From NCBI GenBank assembly GCA_025963195.1, contig JAOPVF010000431.1:1-54432 (forward strand): a DNA stretch of 54,432 nucleotides, written 5' to 3'. Both the position numbers and the translations under genes were made by a program. The notes under the pieces are model-generated. The model made no database searches, was not told the DNA's origin, and saw only the letters and a list, made by a program, of their open reading frames with translations. The stretch comes from Mycobacterium sp. (GTDB taxonomy: Bacteria; Actinomycetota; Actinomycetes; Mycobacteriales; Mycobacteriaceae). Numbering within the stretch: position 1 is the stretch's first letter; every line of letters starts with the position of its first letter. Shown piece after piece: positions 20,945 through 31,575 of the stretch.

Positions 20945-22200
20945 CAGCGCGAGGCGGTTTCCGAGAGCGCCAACGTGGCCCTCGTCTGCCACCCGCCACC
21001 CGGCCGGGGGCCGGCCTCGATCCGGCCGCCGAACAGGGCGGCGCGCTCGCGCATCCCGGCGATGCCGTGCCCGGTCACCGCTTCGTCCAGCGGTGGTGCC
21101 GCGGGGTTCGCGGGTGCCACGACTCCGTCGTCGCGGACGGTAATGTCGATATAGCTGGGCGTCGACTGGATGTCCACCGTGACGTGCCGGGCCCGACGGG
21201 CGTGCTTGAGGACGTTGGTGAGGGACTCCTGCACGATCCGGTACACGGCGAGCTGCGCGGTTGCGCGGACCCTGTCCATGCCGTCCTCCATGGTCAACCG
21301 GACCTCCGGACCCGCGGAGCGAACCGCGGCGATTAGGGCCGCGAGGTCGCCCACCCCCGGCTGCGGGGCCAACTCGGCGTGGTCGCCGGCCGGGCGGTCG
21401 CCGGTGCGGAGGACTCCGAGCATGAGGTGCATCTCGTCGAGCGCCTGACGGCCGACCTCCGATGCCTGCGCGATCGCTTCGCGCTGCCTGCCCGGCGGGC
21501 CGATGGCGACAGCCGCGTCGTTGAGGGTGATCATGACCGAGATGCTGTGCGCGACCACATCGTGCATCTCCCGGGCGATCCGCGCGCGCTCGACGGCGAC
21601 GGCGAACTGGGCGCGCGCATCGCGGTCGCGCTCCGCGCTCTCGGCCCGCTCCCGTATGGAGGCGATGTACGCGCGGCGGGTCCTGGTGTAGACGCCCAGC
21701 AGCCAGGAAGCGGTGACCGTGCCGCTGAGCATGAACTCGCTGAGCCAGACGTTGTCGGAGTGCCAGCGGATCGTGGCCAGCACCACCCCCACCTGTGCAC
21801 CGCAGATCAGCACCGCCAGCACCCGCGCCCGGCGTTCGCGCAGGCCGAGGACGTACAGCGCGATCAGGACGGCCAGATCGCCGATCCCCGGTATCCCGTA
21901 CAGCCACTGCGCGAAGCTGACGGCCCCGAGGAGCAGGACGGCCGCGACCGGTCGGCGGCGGCAGAGCACCAGGGGCGCGGCCAGCGCCAGATCCCATCCG
22001 GCGGCGCTCACTGCCTTGGCATCGAAGGCGCCGTCGTGCGCCCCGCCCGCCAACCCCGCCGCGACCGCGAAGCCGCCGGCCAGCGCCACGTCCACGGCAA
22101 GCGACCGGCGGTCGTCCCCGAGCGGCCGTCGCGGTCGCGCTCGCAGCAGCGGTCGCAGTCGCAGTCGGCGTTGGACGACCGTCGGTCGGCTCGTGTTCAC
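20944..22200 (-). CDS. HisKA_3 sensor histidine kinase
   Basis: TM region, ERARIAREMHDVVAHS, RIVQESLTNVLKHA, GHGIAGMRERA. Confidence 0.93.
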   Translation of the reverse strand: MNTSRPTVVQRRLRLRPLLRARPRRPLGDDRRSLAVDVALAGGFAVAAGLAGGAHDGAFDAKAVSAAGWDLALAAPLVLCRRRPVAAVLLLGAVSFAQWLYGIPGIGDLAVLIALYVLGLRERRARVLAVLICGAQVGVVLATIRWHSDNVWLSEFMLSGTVTASWLLGVYTRTRRAYIASIRERAESAERDRDARAQFAVAVERARIAREMHDVVAHSISVMITLNDAAVAIGPPGRQREAIAQASEVGRQALDEMHLMLGVLRTGDRPAGDHAELAPQPGVGDLAALIAAVRSAGPEVRLTMEDGMDRVRATAQLAVYRIVQESLTNVLKHARRARHVTVDIQSTPSYIDITVRDDGVVAPANPAAPPLDEAVTGHGIAGMRERAALFGGRIEAGPRPGGGWQTRATLALSETASR

Positions 22201-22272
22201 CCGGGCTCCTTATGTGTCTCGCGCGTCTTGCGCGTCAGGCAGGCCGTGCACAACCTGCACGTCGAACGCGGT

Positions 22273-23142
22273 TCACACGTTGCGTCGCCGCAACAGGACC
22301 GCCGCGGACGCCACGCCCGCGACCACCCACGCAAGGAAGACGACCAACCCGGTCCCGGTGGACAGTGTGTGGGACCGGTGCAGCCCGGTGATGAAGCTCT
22401 GCCCGGCCTCGCTGGGCAGGAACTGCGACACATCCTTGCCCCAGTTTCCCAGAAGGTTGCCGAAGAGGACGGGCAGGACGAGGATCAGGCCCAGGAAGCT
22501 GACCAGGGCGCCGGGCGTGCTGCGCACGATCCAGCCCGCCGCGCCGCCGAGGAGCCCGATCGCGGTCAGGTACAGGGCGGTGCCGAGGACCGCCCGAAGC
22601 ACGCCGGAGTCACTCAGGGAGTATCCGGTGCGGTAATGCGACAGCAGGGCCTGCGAGGACAGGAACGTCACGAAGACCGCCACGACCATGGCCACGCCCA
22701 CCACCGCGACGAACACCAGGCCCTTGGCCCACAGGGTCGGCAGTCGCTTGGGCACCGCAGCGAATGTCGAGCGGATCATGCCCGTGCTGTACTCGCCGGA
22801 GACCACCAGGACGCCCAGCGAGCCGATCAGCAACTGCCCGAGGAGGAAGCCCTGCATCGTCGCCGAGGGGGCGAGGTCCTCCGCAGCGATGTTGGGCGTC
22901 ACTTGCCGGGTGTTGTACGCGAGGATGAGGCCGATGGCGACCATGCCGACCACGGTTGACGCCAGGATGGCCCAACTCGATCTCAGCGTACGGAACTTGA
23001 TCCACTCCGAGACCGCAGCACGCGACAGGGAAACAGGTTCGCTGCGCACCTCGGGGCGCGCCGGCCGCGGCGCCTGCACCTGGGTCGCATCGATGGCCGG
23101 CATCCGGCCGCTCATACTGGTCACGCTGCTCGTGTCGCTCAC
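22273..23142 (-). CDS. ABC-2 type transporter permease
   Basis: SEWIKFRTLRS, GEYSTGMIRSTFAAVPKR, LRRRNV end; GTG overlaps the ATPase stop. Confidence 0.92.
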   Translation of the reverse strand: MSDTSSVTSMSGRMPAIDATQVQAPRPARPEVRSEPVSLSRAAVSEWIKFRTLRSSWAILASTVVGMVAIGLILAYNTRQVTPNIAAEDLAPSATMQGFLLGQLLIGSLGVLVVSGEYSTGMIRSTFAAVPKRLPTLWAKGLVFVAVVGVAMVVAVFVTFLSSQALLSHYRTGYSLSDSGVLRAVLGTALYLTAIGLLGGAAGWIVRSTPGALVSFLGLILVLPVLFGNLLGNWGKDVSQFLPSEAGQSFITGLHRSHTLSTGTGLVVFLAWVVAGVASAAVLLRRRNV

Positions 23143-24062
23143 GCTGTTGCCGCCTCCTTCGCCCGGTACTCCACGGCGTCCTCGGTCAGCGCCATGTAAG
23201 CCTCCTCCAACGACCCCGTCAGGAGGGCCAGTTCGTACAGGGTGAGACCAGCCTCCCCTGCGACCGTCCCGATCTCCTCGCTGGTCAGCCCGTCGACTTC
23301 GAAGCTCGTCGCGGGCTCGCCCAGGTCGTGGATGATCGCGCCCTCCCGTACCAGGAGTTCGCGGAGGGCGCCCGCCTCTGGCGAACGCACCCGGACCCGC
23401 TCCGCGCCCGCGTCGGCGATGAAGGAGGCCATCGACTGGTCGCGCAACAGTTGCCCGCGGCCCATCACGATCACATGATCGGCGGTCAGCGCCATCTCGC
23501 TCATCAGATGGGACGACAGCAGAACCGTCCGCCCCTCCGCGGCCAGTCCCCGCAGCAACAGGCGAATCCATCGGATTCCGTCGGGATCGAGACCGTTGAC
23601 CGGTTCGTCGAGGATGAGGGTCTCCGGATCGGCAAGGAGGGCCGCAGCAATGCCCAGCCGCTGGCCCATGCCGAGCGAGAAGCGGCCGGCGCGCTGGCCG
23701 GCGGCCTCCTCGAGCCCCGCCATGCCGATGACCTCGTCCACCCGCTGCCGTCCGATCCCGGCGGTTGCGGCCAGGGCGAGCAGGTGGCCGCGGGCCGACC
23801 TGCCGGGATGGATGGCACGCGCCTCCAGGAGCGCGCCGATCGTCTTCAGCGGTCGGGCGTGCTGGGCGAACGGGAGCCCGTTCACGGTCACCGTTCCCGA
23901 GGACGGCGCGTCCATGCCCATGATCAACCGCATGGTGGTGGACTTCCCGGCTCCATTGGGCCCCAGAAAGCCGGTGACCACACCAGGCTGGACCGTGAAC
24001 GTCAAGTCCTCCACCGCGGCCTTGTCGCCATAGCGTTTGGTCAGCGATTTCGCTTCAATCAT
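23139..24062 (-). CDS. ABC-2 type transporter ATP-binding protein
   Basis: GPNGAGKSTT, FSLGMGQRLG, ILDEPVNGLDP, SSHLMSE. Confidence 0.95.
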   Translation of the reverse strand: MIEAKSLTKRYGDKAAVEDLTFTVQPGVVTGFLGPNGAGKSTTMRLIMGMDAPSSGTVTVNGLPFAQHARPLKTIGALLEARAIHPGRSARGHLLALAATAGIGRQRVDEVIGMAGLEEAAGQRAGRFSLGMGQRLGIAAALLADPETLILDEPVNGLDPDGIRWIRLLLRGLAAEGRTVLLSSHLMSEMALTADHVIVMGRGQLLRDQSMASFIADAGAERVRVRSPEAGALRELLVREGAIIHDLGEPATSFEVDGLTSEEIGTVAGEAGLTLYELALLTGSLEEAYMALTEDAVEYRAKEAATA

Positions 24063-24619
24063 GCGATTCTCCTTAGCGCGATTGATTTCACGTTAGGGGC
24101 GAGGACGACCGCGACACGTCCCCCACCTGGCGCGACTTCTCCGCCCCGGACCTCATCCGGTCGGATGAGCGCGGTCATCCGCCGGTAGAACCGAGAACCA
24201 CCGAGGCGCGGCGGTGCGGCGCGCGGGAGTGGACGGCGTTCCTGGGCTGCGGCAGCCAGTAAGACGTTCGACCTCGGGGGCGCCTGGCTGGAAGGCTTGG
24301 TCGGGCGAAGCCGTCCTGATCGAGTCAAGTCGCCCGGGTCGAGGCAGATGTGGTGCTGATCAAGCGGTGATTCCGGCCTTGTTGAGGCATGCGTCCACGG
24401 TGTCTCCCAGCGGGGCGGCAGACCCCACCGGCTGCCCTCACTGATCCCGCAGGTAGCCGGTCGACCCACCAACTGCGGCGACCATGTGGCACCGTCTGCT
24501 GCCGACCGGAGCTTCCACACGCTCCCGGCGCGCACCACCCCCAACACGCCTCGTCGGGCTGGGGCAAAGCCCCGTCAGGCCTGCAACCGCCCTGCCGCGT
24601 GCCCCCTGCTGAAACGCCT

Positions 24620-25120
24620 TTACGGCGCGGTCGCCGTCTCGGCGGTCAGTTGCTCGCTGATCTGCCACAGCCGTTGCACGGCGTTGTCGTCGAGAGCGAC
24701 CCGGTTGGGCTGGATCTCGCGCGAGTCCTTGAAGTACTTGCCCGTCACGTCGGCTACCTCCGGCGCCGTCGCCAGATAGACGGAGGTGCGCGCACCCTTC
24801 TCCGGGCTCTTGAACAGGAGACCCATCAGCCCGCGCACTGGGGCGGGCAGTTCCCGGGTGATTCCGGTTGCGGTGCTGCCGGGGTCGAGCGCGTTCACGG
24901 TGACGCCTTGCGCCCGTGGGGCGAGCGCGCGCACGAACATCAGGTTCGCGAGCTTCGACTGGCGGCCGGCCCGCATGATCGAGTACTTCTGCTCGTACTG
25001 CAGATCATCCCAGTTGATCTTGCCGGACTTCTGGGCGCTGCCGGCTACGACGAGGACCCTGGAGGGCGCGCTGCTCTCGAGTACCGGCAGGAGCAGTGTC
25101 GTCAGCAGGAAGGAGCCGGG
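24620..25120 (-). pseudogene. N-terminally truncated SDR (retinol-dehydrogenase type)
   Basis: Reads FLLTTLLLPVLESSAPSRVLVVAGSAQKSGKINWDDLQ...AGRQSKLAN...VTGKYF...RLWQISEQL; no Rossmann N-terminus and catalytic Tyr replaced by Gly. Confidence 0.75.
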
Positions 25121-25272
25121 TAGCCGCCAACCGCGCCGCCCGCCATTGCGGCCACTTCACCGGCGACCCTCCACGGCGCGCAGCGGGACCGTCGTGGCAG
25201 GGACCGTCGTGGCAGAGACCACCGGACCTCCCGCGCTGTTCGTCGGCAGCGGAGGCGCTTCGCCCGCTGCGG

Positions 25273-26190
25273 TCAGACCGGGAACGACACTCCGGTCAGT
25301 TCCTCCGACACCGCCCACAGGCGGCGCTGGACGGCCGCGTCGTGGGACTGCTCGCTGGACTCCTTCCGCACCGGGTGGCCCTTGGCCTCGCGGAGCCCGT
25401 CCGGGCCGTAGTACTCGCCGCCCCGCACGGCCGGGTCCGTCGCCGCGCGCAGCGTGGGCAGCGCACCGCGGTCCGCGCTCTGCGAGAAAAGCGGATTGAT
25501 CGCCGCGACGACCGCGCGCATGACCACCGGTGAGTTGCGCATCAGATCGGTGTTCGCGATGCCCGGATGGGCGGCGACAGCGACGGTCGAGCCCTTGCCG
25601 GCCAGCCGGCGCTGGAGTTCGTAGCTGAACAGCAGGTTTGCCAGTTTCGACTGGCGGTAGGCTTCCGCCCGGCTGTAGGTCCGCCGTTCCCACCGCAGGT
25701 CGTCCAGGTCGATCGCGCCGCGAGTGCGGTGGGCGATGCTGCTGACCGTCATCACCCGGGAGCCCGCGACCGGCAGCATCCGGTCCAGCAGCAGCCCGGT
25801 GAGCGCGAAGTGGCCGAGGTGGTTGGTGCCCATCTGCAGCTCGAACCCGTCGTGGGTGGTGCTCTGGGGCGTGTACATCACCCCGGCGTTGTTGATCAGC
25901 AGGTCGATCCTGGGGTGCCTGGCCCGCAGCTCGCCAGCCGCGGCGCGGACGGAGTCGAGCGACGTCAGGTCGAGGTGCTGCACCGTGACATCCGCGCCGG
26001 GAGCGGCGGCGGCGATCCCGGCAGCGGCCTGCTTGCCCTTGTCCGTGTCCCGTACCGCCAGCACCACCGTCGCACCGCGCGCGGCAAGGACCTTGGCGGT
26101 CTCGAATCCGATGCCGGTGTTGGCGCCGGTGATCACGGCGACGCGGCCCTGCTGGCCGGGCACGTCGCCGACGGTCCATTTGTCGTTCAC
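25273..26190 (-). CDS. SDR oxidoreductase (retinol/protochlorophyllide reductase-like)
   Basis: TGANTGIG, NNAG, YRQSK, AHPG, RLWAVSEELTG; GGAGG RBS. Confidence 0.93.
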   Translation of the reverse strand: MNDKWTVGDVPGQQGRVAVITGANTGIGFETAKVLAARGATVVLAVRDTDKGKQAAAGIAAAAPGADVTVQHLDLTSLDSVRAAAGELRARHPRIDLLINNAGVMYTPQSTTHDGFELQMGTNHLGHFALTGLLLDRMLPVAGSRVMTVSSIAHRTRGAIDLDDLRWERRTYSRAEAYRQSKLANLLFSYELQRRLAGKGSTVAVAAHPGIANTDLMRNSPVVMRAVVAAINPLFSQSADRGALPTLRAATDPAVRGGEYYGPDGLREAKGHPVRKESSEQSHDAAVQRRLWAVSEELTGVSFPV

Positions 26191-26280
26191 GATTCCTCCA
26201 GGGTGCGGGCCGCGGCCGCAGAAATGACCGGCCGGACGACAGGACTTCCCCGGCTCCCGGACGGCGGGGACGACGGTGAC

Positions 26281-26453
26281 TTGCGGCTGCGGCGGCTGTG
26301 CGCCGCGGTGGTGGTGCCGGTGGCGGCGTACGCCTCGTACGTGCACCAGCGGCCTTTGCCCTTCAAGGCGGTGCGGACGGGGTGAGCGCCATGCTGTGGC
26401 CCTTGTCGGCCGACGGCCTGCTTCTGCTGGCGACTGCGACCTTGGGCCAAGGC
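26281..26453 (+). pseudogene. DUF2637-family membrane protein remnant (frameshifted)
   Basis: VAAYASYVHQR then, in a shifted frame, FALQGGADGVSAMLWPLSADGLLLLAT. Confidence 0.6.
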
Positions 26454-26505
26454 CTGCCACTCAGGCTGAGCCAATTTTTGGTCGGCTGTCATAACCGACA
26501 GCCGA

Positions 26506-28659
26506 TCAGGACCTCAGTGAGGCGGGCGGTGTGAAACGCTTGCCGTACTTCCCGGCCAGGTAGTCGGCGCGCTCCACGAAGGCCGCCTGGCCGCCCGGGT
26601 AACCGACGATGAACTGGTGCACACCACCGGTCCAGGCCGGGAAGCCGATGCCAAAGATTGAGCCGATGTTGGCGTCGGCGGTGGTGATCAGCACGCCCTC
26701 GTCGAAGCACTTCTGGGTCTCGATGGCCTCGATGAAGAGCATCCGGTCGATCAGGTCCTGGAACGGAACCGTCAGCTCGGTGCTGGTCTTGAAGGTGTCG
26801 CGCAGTCCCTGCCACAGGCCGATGCGCTTGCCGTCTTCGTCGTACTCGTAGAAGCCGGCCTTCTCGAGGCGCCCCGGGCGACCGGCCTCGACCAGGGCGT
26901 CGATCACGGGGAACGCCGCGTGTCCGGTTGCGAACTTGCCGGCGTCGGCCTCCGCCTTCTGCATTTCTGCCCGAACCTTCTGGCTGAGCTTCAGGTTCAG
27001 TTCATCAGAGAGCTGCAGCGGCGGCGCCGGGAAGCCCGCCTGTGAGCCTGCCTGCTCGATGGTGGCGGGCTCGATGCCCTCGGCGAGCATGCCGATGGCC
27101 TCGTTGATGAAGGTGCCGATCACGCGCGAGGTGAAGAAGCCACGGCTGTCGTTGACGACGATCGGGGTCTTCTTGATGGCAAGGGTGTAGTCGAACACCC
27201 GGGCCAGTGCCTCGTCGGAGGTCTTCTCACCCTTGATGATCTCCACCAGCGGCATCTTGTCGACCGGCGAGAAGAAGTGGATGCCGATGAAGTCCTCCTG
27301 GCGCCTCACACCCGTCGCCAGTCCGGTGATCGGCAGGGTGGAGGTGTTGGAGCCCAGCAGGGCATCTGCGTCGACGATGTCCTCGATCTCCTGGAACACC
27401 TTGTGCTTGAGCTCGGTGTTCTCGAAGACGGCCTCGATGACGAAGTCGACACCGGCGAAGTCGGCCGCGTCCGCGGACGGCTTGATCCGGTCCAGCAGCG
27501 CCTTGGACTTCTCCTCGGTGGTCTTGCCACGCGAAAGGGCCTTGGCCTCGATCTTCTCGGAGTAGTTCTTGCCGCGCTCGGCCGCCTCAATGCTGACATC
27601 TTTGAGCACGACCTCGTAGCCGGCCTTGGCCGAGACGTAGGCGATGCCCGCGCCCATCATGCCCGCGCCGAGCACGCCGACCTTGCGGATTTCCTTCTTC
27701 GGCACGTCCTTGGGCCGCGAACCACCGTTGTTGATCGACTGCAGGTCGAAGAAGAACGCCTGGATCATGTTCTTCGCGACCGGGCCGGTCATCAGGTGCA
27801 CGAAGTACCGCGACTCGATCAGCAACGCGTTGTCGATGTCGACCTGCGACCCCTCGACCGCGGCGGACAGGATCGCCCGCGGGGCAGGCATGTTGGTGCC
27901 CTTGAGCTGCTTCCGCAGGTTGGCCGGGAACGCGGGCAGGTTCACCGCGAAGGCAGGGGAGGAGGGGGTGCCACCGGGGATCTTGTAGCCCTTCTTGTCC
28001 CAGGGCTGCACGCCACCCTCGGGATTGGCCTTGATCCACGCCTTCGCAGCCGGAACCAATTCCTCGACCGAACCGACGAGTTCGTTCACCAGGCCGATAT
28101 CCTTGGCCTTGGCCGGGTTGTTGCTCTGACCTTGGAGCAGCACGCTCATCAGCGCACCCTGCAGACCAAGCAAACGCACGGTGCGGACGATACCGCCGCC
28201 GGCGGGCAGCAGGCCCAGGCTGACCTCTGGCAGGCCCAGCTGCACGCCCGGCACGTCCGCGGCGATGCGGTAGTGCGTGGCGAGCGCGATCTCCAGGCCA
28301 CCGCCGAGCGCGGCGCCGTTGATAGCGGCGACGACCGGCTTGCCCAGCGTCTCCAGACGCCGTAGATCGCCCTTGATCTCCCCCAGGTCCTTCATGATCG
28401 TTTGGCCGTCTTCCGGGGCGATCTTCCGCATGTCCTTGAGGTCACCGCCCGCGAAGAACGTCTTCTTCGCCGAGGTGATGACGACACCGGTGATGCTGTC
28501 CTGCTCGGTCTCGAGACGGTCCACAGTCGCCGCCATTGAGGCCTTGTAGGCCGTGTTCATCGTGTTGGCGCTTTGGTTCGGGTCGTCGATGGTAAGAACG
28601 ACGATGCCGTCTTCGTCCTGCTCCCAACCGATAATGTTGTTCATCTCAGTCGTTGTCAC
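26506..28659 (-). CDS. fadB: Fatty acid oxidation complex alpha subunit (enoyl-CoA hydratase / 3-hydroxyacyl-CoA dehydrogenase)
   Basis: FFAGGDL, GGGLE, LPEVSLG, GAGMMGAG, EAVFE, SNTSTL, HFFSPV. Confidence 0.95.
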   Translation of the reverse strand: MTTTEMNNIIGWEQDEDGIVVLTIDDPNQSANTMNTAYKASMAATVDRLETEQDSITGVVITSAKKTFFAGGDLKDMRKIAPEDGQTIMKDLGEIKGDLRRLETLGKPVVAAINGAALGGGLEIALATHYRIAADVPGVQLGLPEVSLGLLPAGGGIVRTVRLLGLQGALMSVLLQGQSNNPAKAKDIGLVNELVGSVEELVPAAKAWIKANPEGGVQPWDKKGYKIPGGTPSSPAFAVNLPAFPANLRKQLKGTNMPAPRAILSAAVEGSQVDIDNALLIESRYFVHLMTGPVAKNMIQAFFFDLQSINNGGSRPKDVPKKEIRKVGVLGAGMMGAGIAYVSAKAGYEVVLKDVSIEAAERGKNYSEKIEAKALSRGKTTEEKSKALLDRIKPSADAADFAGVDFVIEAVFENTELKHKVFQEIEDIVDADALLGSNTSTLPITGLATGVRRQEDFIGIHFFSPVDKMPLVEIIKGEKTSDEALARVFDYTLAIKKTPIVVNDSRGFFTSRVIGTFINEAIGMLAEGIEPATIEQAGSQAGFPAPPLQLSDELNLKLSQKVRAEMQKAEADAGKFATGHAAFPVIDALVEAGRPGRLEKAGFYEYDEDGKRIGLWQGLRDTFKTSTELTVPFQDLIDRMLFIEAIETQKCFDEGVLITTADANIGSIFGIGFPAWTGGVHQFIVGYPGGQAAFVERADYLAGKYGKRFTPPASLRS

Positions 28660-28698
28660 AGCTCGGTGTCTCCTTGAATTCTCGGCTGCCGGTTGGGA

Positions 28699-29910
28699 TT
28701 AGACGCGCTCGATGATGGTGGCAACGCCCATTCCGCCACCGACGCACAGGTTGATCAGGGCGTAGCGGCCGTTGCGGCGCTCCAGCTCGTCGACCATGGT
28801 GCCGGTGATCATCGCGCCGGTGGCGCCCAGCGGGTGGCCCATTGCGATCGCGCCACCGTTGACGTTCAGCTTCTCGTCCGGGATGTTGAGGTCCTTCTGG
28901 AACTTCAAGACCACCGAGGCAAAGGCTTCGTTCAGTTCGAAGAGGTCGATTTCGTCGACTGTCAGACCAGCGACCTTGAGTGCTTTCAGGGCGGACGGCG
29001 TCGGTCCGGTCAGCATGATCGTCGGGTCAGCGCCAGTGGTAGCGGTAGCGACGATCCGGGCGCGCGGGGTCAGCCCGGAGGCTTTTCCGGCATCCTCGGA
29101 GCCGATCAGGACGAGTGCGGCGCCATCGACGATGCCCGAACTGTTGCCGCCGTGGTGAACGTGATTGATCTTCTCCACGAAGTGGAACTTCTGCAGTGCT
29201 ACCGCATCGAAGCCGGCCATCTCACCGATCACGGAGAACGACGGCTTCAACTTGGCCAGGTTGTCCACAGTGGTGCCGGGGCGCATGTGCTCGTCGTGGT
29301 CGAGGACGATGAGACCGTTCATGTCCTTCACCGGCACAACAGACTTGGCGAAGTACCCGCCCGACCACGCGGCCGCGGCGCGTTCCTGCGAACGGACGGC
29401 ATAGGCGTCGACGTTGTCGCGGCTGAAGCCCTCCATCGTGGCGATCAGGTCTGCGCCGATGCCCTGCGGAACGAAGTAACTGTCGTAGTTGGTGGCCGGA
29501 TCCATGGCCATGGCGCCACCGTCGGAGGCCATCGCTACCCGCGACATCGACTCGACACCACCGGCGATCACAAGATCCTCGAAGCCTGACCGGACCTTCT
29601 GCGCGGCGACGTTCACGGCCTCGAGGCCGGATGCGCAGAAGCGGTTGAGCTGAACGCCACCGACGGTGTCCGGCAGGCCTGCCGCGATGACAGCAGTGCG
29701 TGCGATGTCCATGCCCTGGTCACCGATCGGGGTGACCACGCCGAGGACCACGTCGGAGATGCGATCTTCCTCCAGGCCGGGGAACCTGGTGCGCAATTCG
29801 TGGATCAGACCGACCATGAGGTCGATCGGCTTAATGGAATGCAGCGAACCGGTTTTCTTGCCGCGCCCGCGCGGGGTCCGAATAGCCTCGTAGATGAACG
29901 CCTCTGTCAT
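28699..29910 (-). CDS. fadA: Acetyl-CoA C-acyltransferase (beta-oxidation thiolase)
   Basis: [35 protein letters not shown]. Confidence 0.95.
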   Translation of the reverse strand: MTEAFIYEAIRTPRGRGKKTGSLHSIKPIDLMVGLIHELRTRFPGLEEDRISDVVLGVVTPIGDQGMDIARTAVIAAGLPDTVGGVQLNRFCASGLEAVNVAAQKVRSGFEDLVIAGGVESMSRVAMASDGGAMAMDPATNYDSYFVPQGIGADLIATMEGFSRDNVDAYAVRSQERAAAAWSGGYFAKSVVPVKDMNGLIVLDHDEHMRPGTTVDNLAKLKPSFSVIGEMAGFDAVALQKFHFVEKINHVHHGGNSSGIVDGAALVLIGSEDAGKASGLTPRARIVATATTGADPTIMLTGPTPSALKALKVAGLTVDEIDLFELNEAFASVVLKFQKDLNIPDEKLNVNGGAIAMGHPLGATGAMITGTMVDELERRNGRYALINLCVGGGMGVATIIERV

Positions 29911-30216
29911 CGCTGTGGCTTCCTTCCTGTTCGCGTGCCGGCGATACGCAGACGCGCAGTCGTTCGAACCTTGTGTGAAGGCTCGGTTGAGTAAGTGCGA
30001 TCAGGCGCGGAGACTCGCGGCCGGGCAGGATATTCATTCCACATGGCGGGGCTACTGCCTCCGGTGGAGCGAAAGCAGTTGGACGCCCATATCGATCGCC
30101 GCAGCGCCTTCGCGGACAGCTATCGCTCCAGTCGGTGCATTTCCGGTCTACGCCGAGCAGCGGCATCAAACCCCTGCCTTCCGCCGACTCGATGCTACAC
30201 GAGAGTCGATAGAACT

Positions 30217-30231
30217 AGCAAGTGACTTGCA
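30217..30231. promoter_or_regulatory. Candidate island operator upstream of fadA
   Basis: AGCAAG-TGA-CTTGCA, 1 mismatch to TGCAAG-N3-CTTGCA. Confidence 0.55.
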
Positions 30232-30514
30232 CGATGGCCCGCAGCCATTGCCCGCGACACGCCCATGGAGTGGTTGCGGCACGACCGCACCTCGCGAGGG
30301 TGGTGATCACGGTGTCCGCTTGGTAGCTGAAGATCCGCGCGTAGCTGAGAGCTCAGGTTCTGCTTGCGGCCGGCGCGCGCGGGTGCAGAGCCAGGCCGGC
30401 GGCGACGCCCCGGTGGCAGCTAGCGGTCGAGGTAGAACAGCAGCGGGTCGGGGGCGATCTCGGCAATCTCACCGGATGGGCCCTCGGCACGGTAGCGATG
30501 TGAAGGTTCGCGTG

Positions 30515-31318
30515 TCAGTTCGCGTTGGATTCGACCCACGCGCTTTCGATCTTTTTGGCCGCCGCGATGAGCTGCTTGCCCCACTGCGGAACATGGCGCC
30601 AGTCGTAGCGGTCCTGCGGCATGGAAATGCTGACGGACGCGACGGCATAGCCGTCTCGTCCCAGGATCGGACATCCAATCGCGCATACTCCGGGCCGGTT
30701 CTCCGCGGTATTGAGCGCATACCCACGCTGGCGGACCTCGTCCAGCTCGAGCCGCAACGGTTCGGGATCGACAGTGGTGCGGTCTGTCATCCTGAGCAGC
30801 GGGCGTGACAAGACCTCGTCGACACGCTGTTGCGGCCAAAATGCCAAGATCGCTTTTCCCGAGGCGCACGAGTGGAACGGGAAGGTTGCACCGACTGGAT
30901 TGTAGACGCGCACAGGTTGTGTCGAATCCACCCGATCCAGAGTTACCACACCCTGCGTGCCACCGGGCACCGCCAAGTGAATGGTCTCAGCGATCGTTGC
31001 ACCGAGCTCTCTCATCAGAGGCATCGCTATGTCTCGCAAGAGTGTGCTTTTCCTGGCGCGCTGACCGATCATCCACACATGCTGCGTCAGTTCCCAACGG
31101 GTTCGTTCGGAGCCCGCAGCTTCCAGCCATCCAGCCTGAGCCAACGAAACCAGAGTCCTTTGGACGGTAGATTTCGGCAGCTTGAGCATCTTGGCAAGCT
31201 CGCCCACGCCAATGGGCTGGTGTTCTGAGATAACCTCCAGCATTTGAAGTCCCCGAATGAGACTTCTCATGCCACCGCCGTCCGCCGCAGTTCCCTCGCC
31301 AGCGCGCAACTCCTCCAT
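30515..31318 (-). CDS. IclR family regulator
   Basis: SLIRGLQMLE..GVGELA..LPKSTVQR HTH; ETIHLA, HSCASGKAIL, VRQRGYA. Confidence 0.93.
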   Translation of the reverse strand: MEELRAGEGTAADGGGMRSLIRGLQMLEVISEHQPIGVGELAKMLKLPKSTVQRTLVSLAQAGWLEAAGSERTRWELTQHVWMIGQRARKSTLLRDIAMPLMRELGATIAETIHLAVPGGTQGVVTLDRVDSTQPVRVYNPVGATFPFHSCASGKAILAFWPQQRVDEVLSRPLLRMTDRTTVDPEPLRLELDEVRQRGYALNTAENRPGVCAIGCPILGRDGYAVASVSISMPQDRYDWRHVPQWGKQLIAAAKKIESAWVESNAN

Positions 31319-31575
31319 GGCTGATTTGTACCACATAACGGCACGCCAATCCAGTAGGCGGTGGGATCCTGACGTCGCTGGACCGGCGGACGTCGAGGCA
31401 GTTGAGGTCGTTGACGTAGTAGACGTAGAGGCCGCTGAACTCCGTCGTTGACACCGCCCGGGGCCGATGACAACCTCAAGTGTGCCACCTCGCGACCAGC
31501 CATGCCAGCATGTGGCACGAGCGGCCGGAGCGCGGCCCGCCCGATCGGTCCTCAGCCCAATCGAAAGAGGATTCC

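Noticed and set aside
20261-24062. Two-component system plus ABC-2 exporter as a novel system
   Set aside because: Very common actinobacterial four-gene module with nothing unusual visible.
24200-24600. Possible gene remnants or ncRNA in the intergenic gap
   Set aside because: No recognisable motif or stable structure found by eye.
29911-30514. Long intergenic gap (and 34583-35199) as riboswitch or sRNA
   Set aside because: No recognisable aptamer consensus; partly explained by operator sites. An Rfam scan would be needed.
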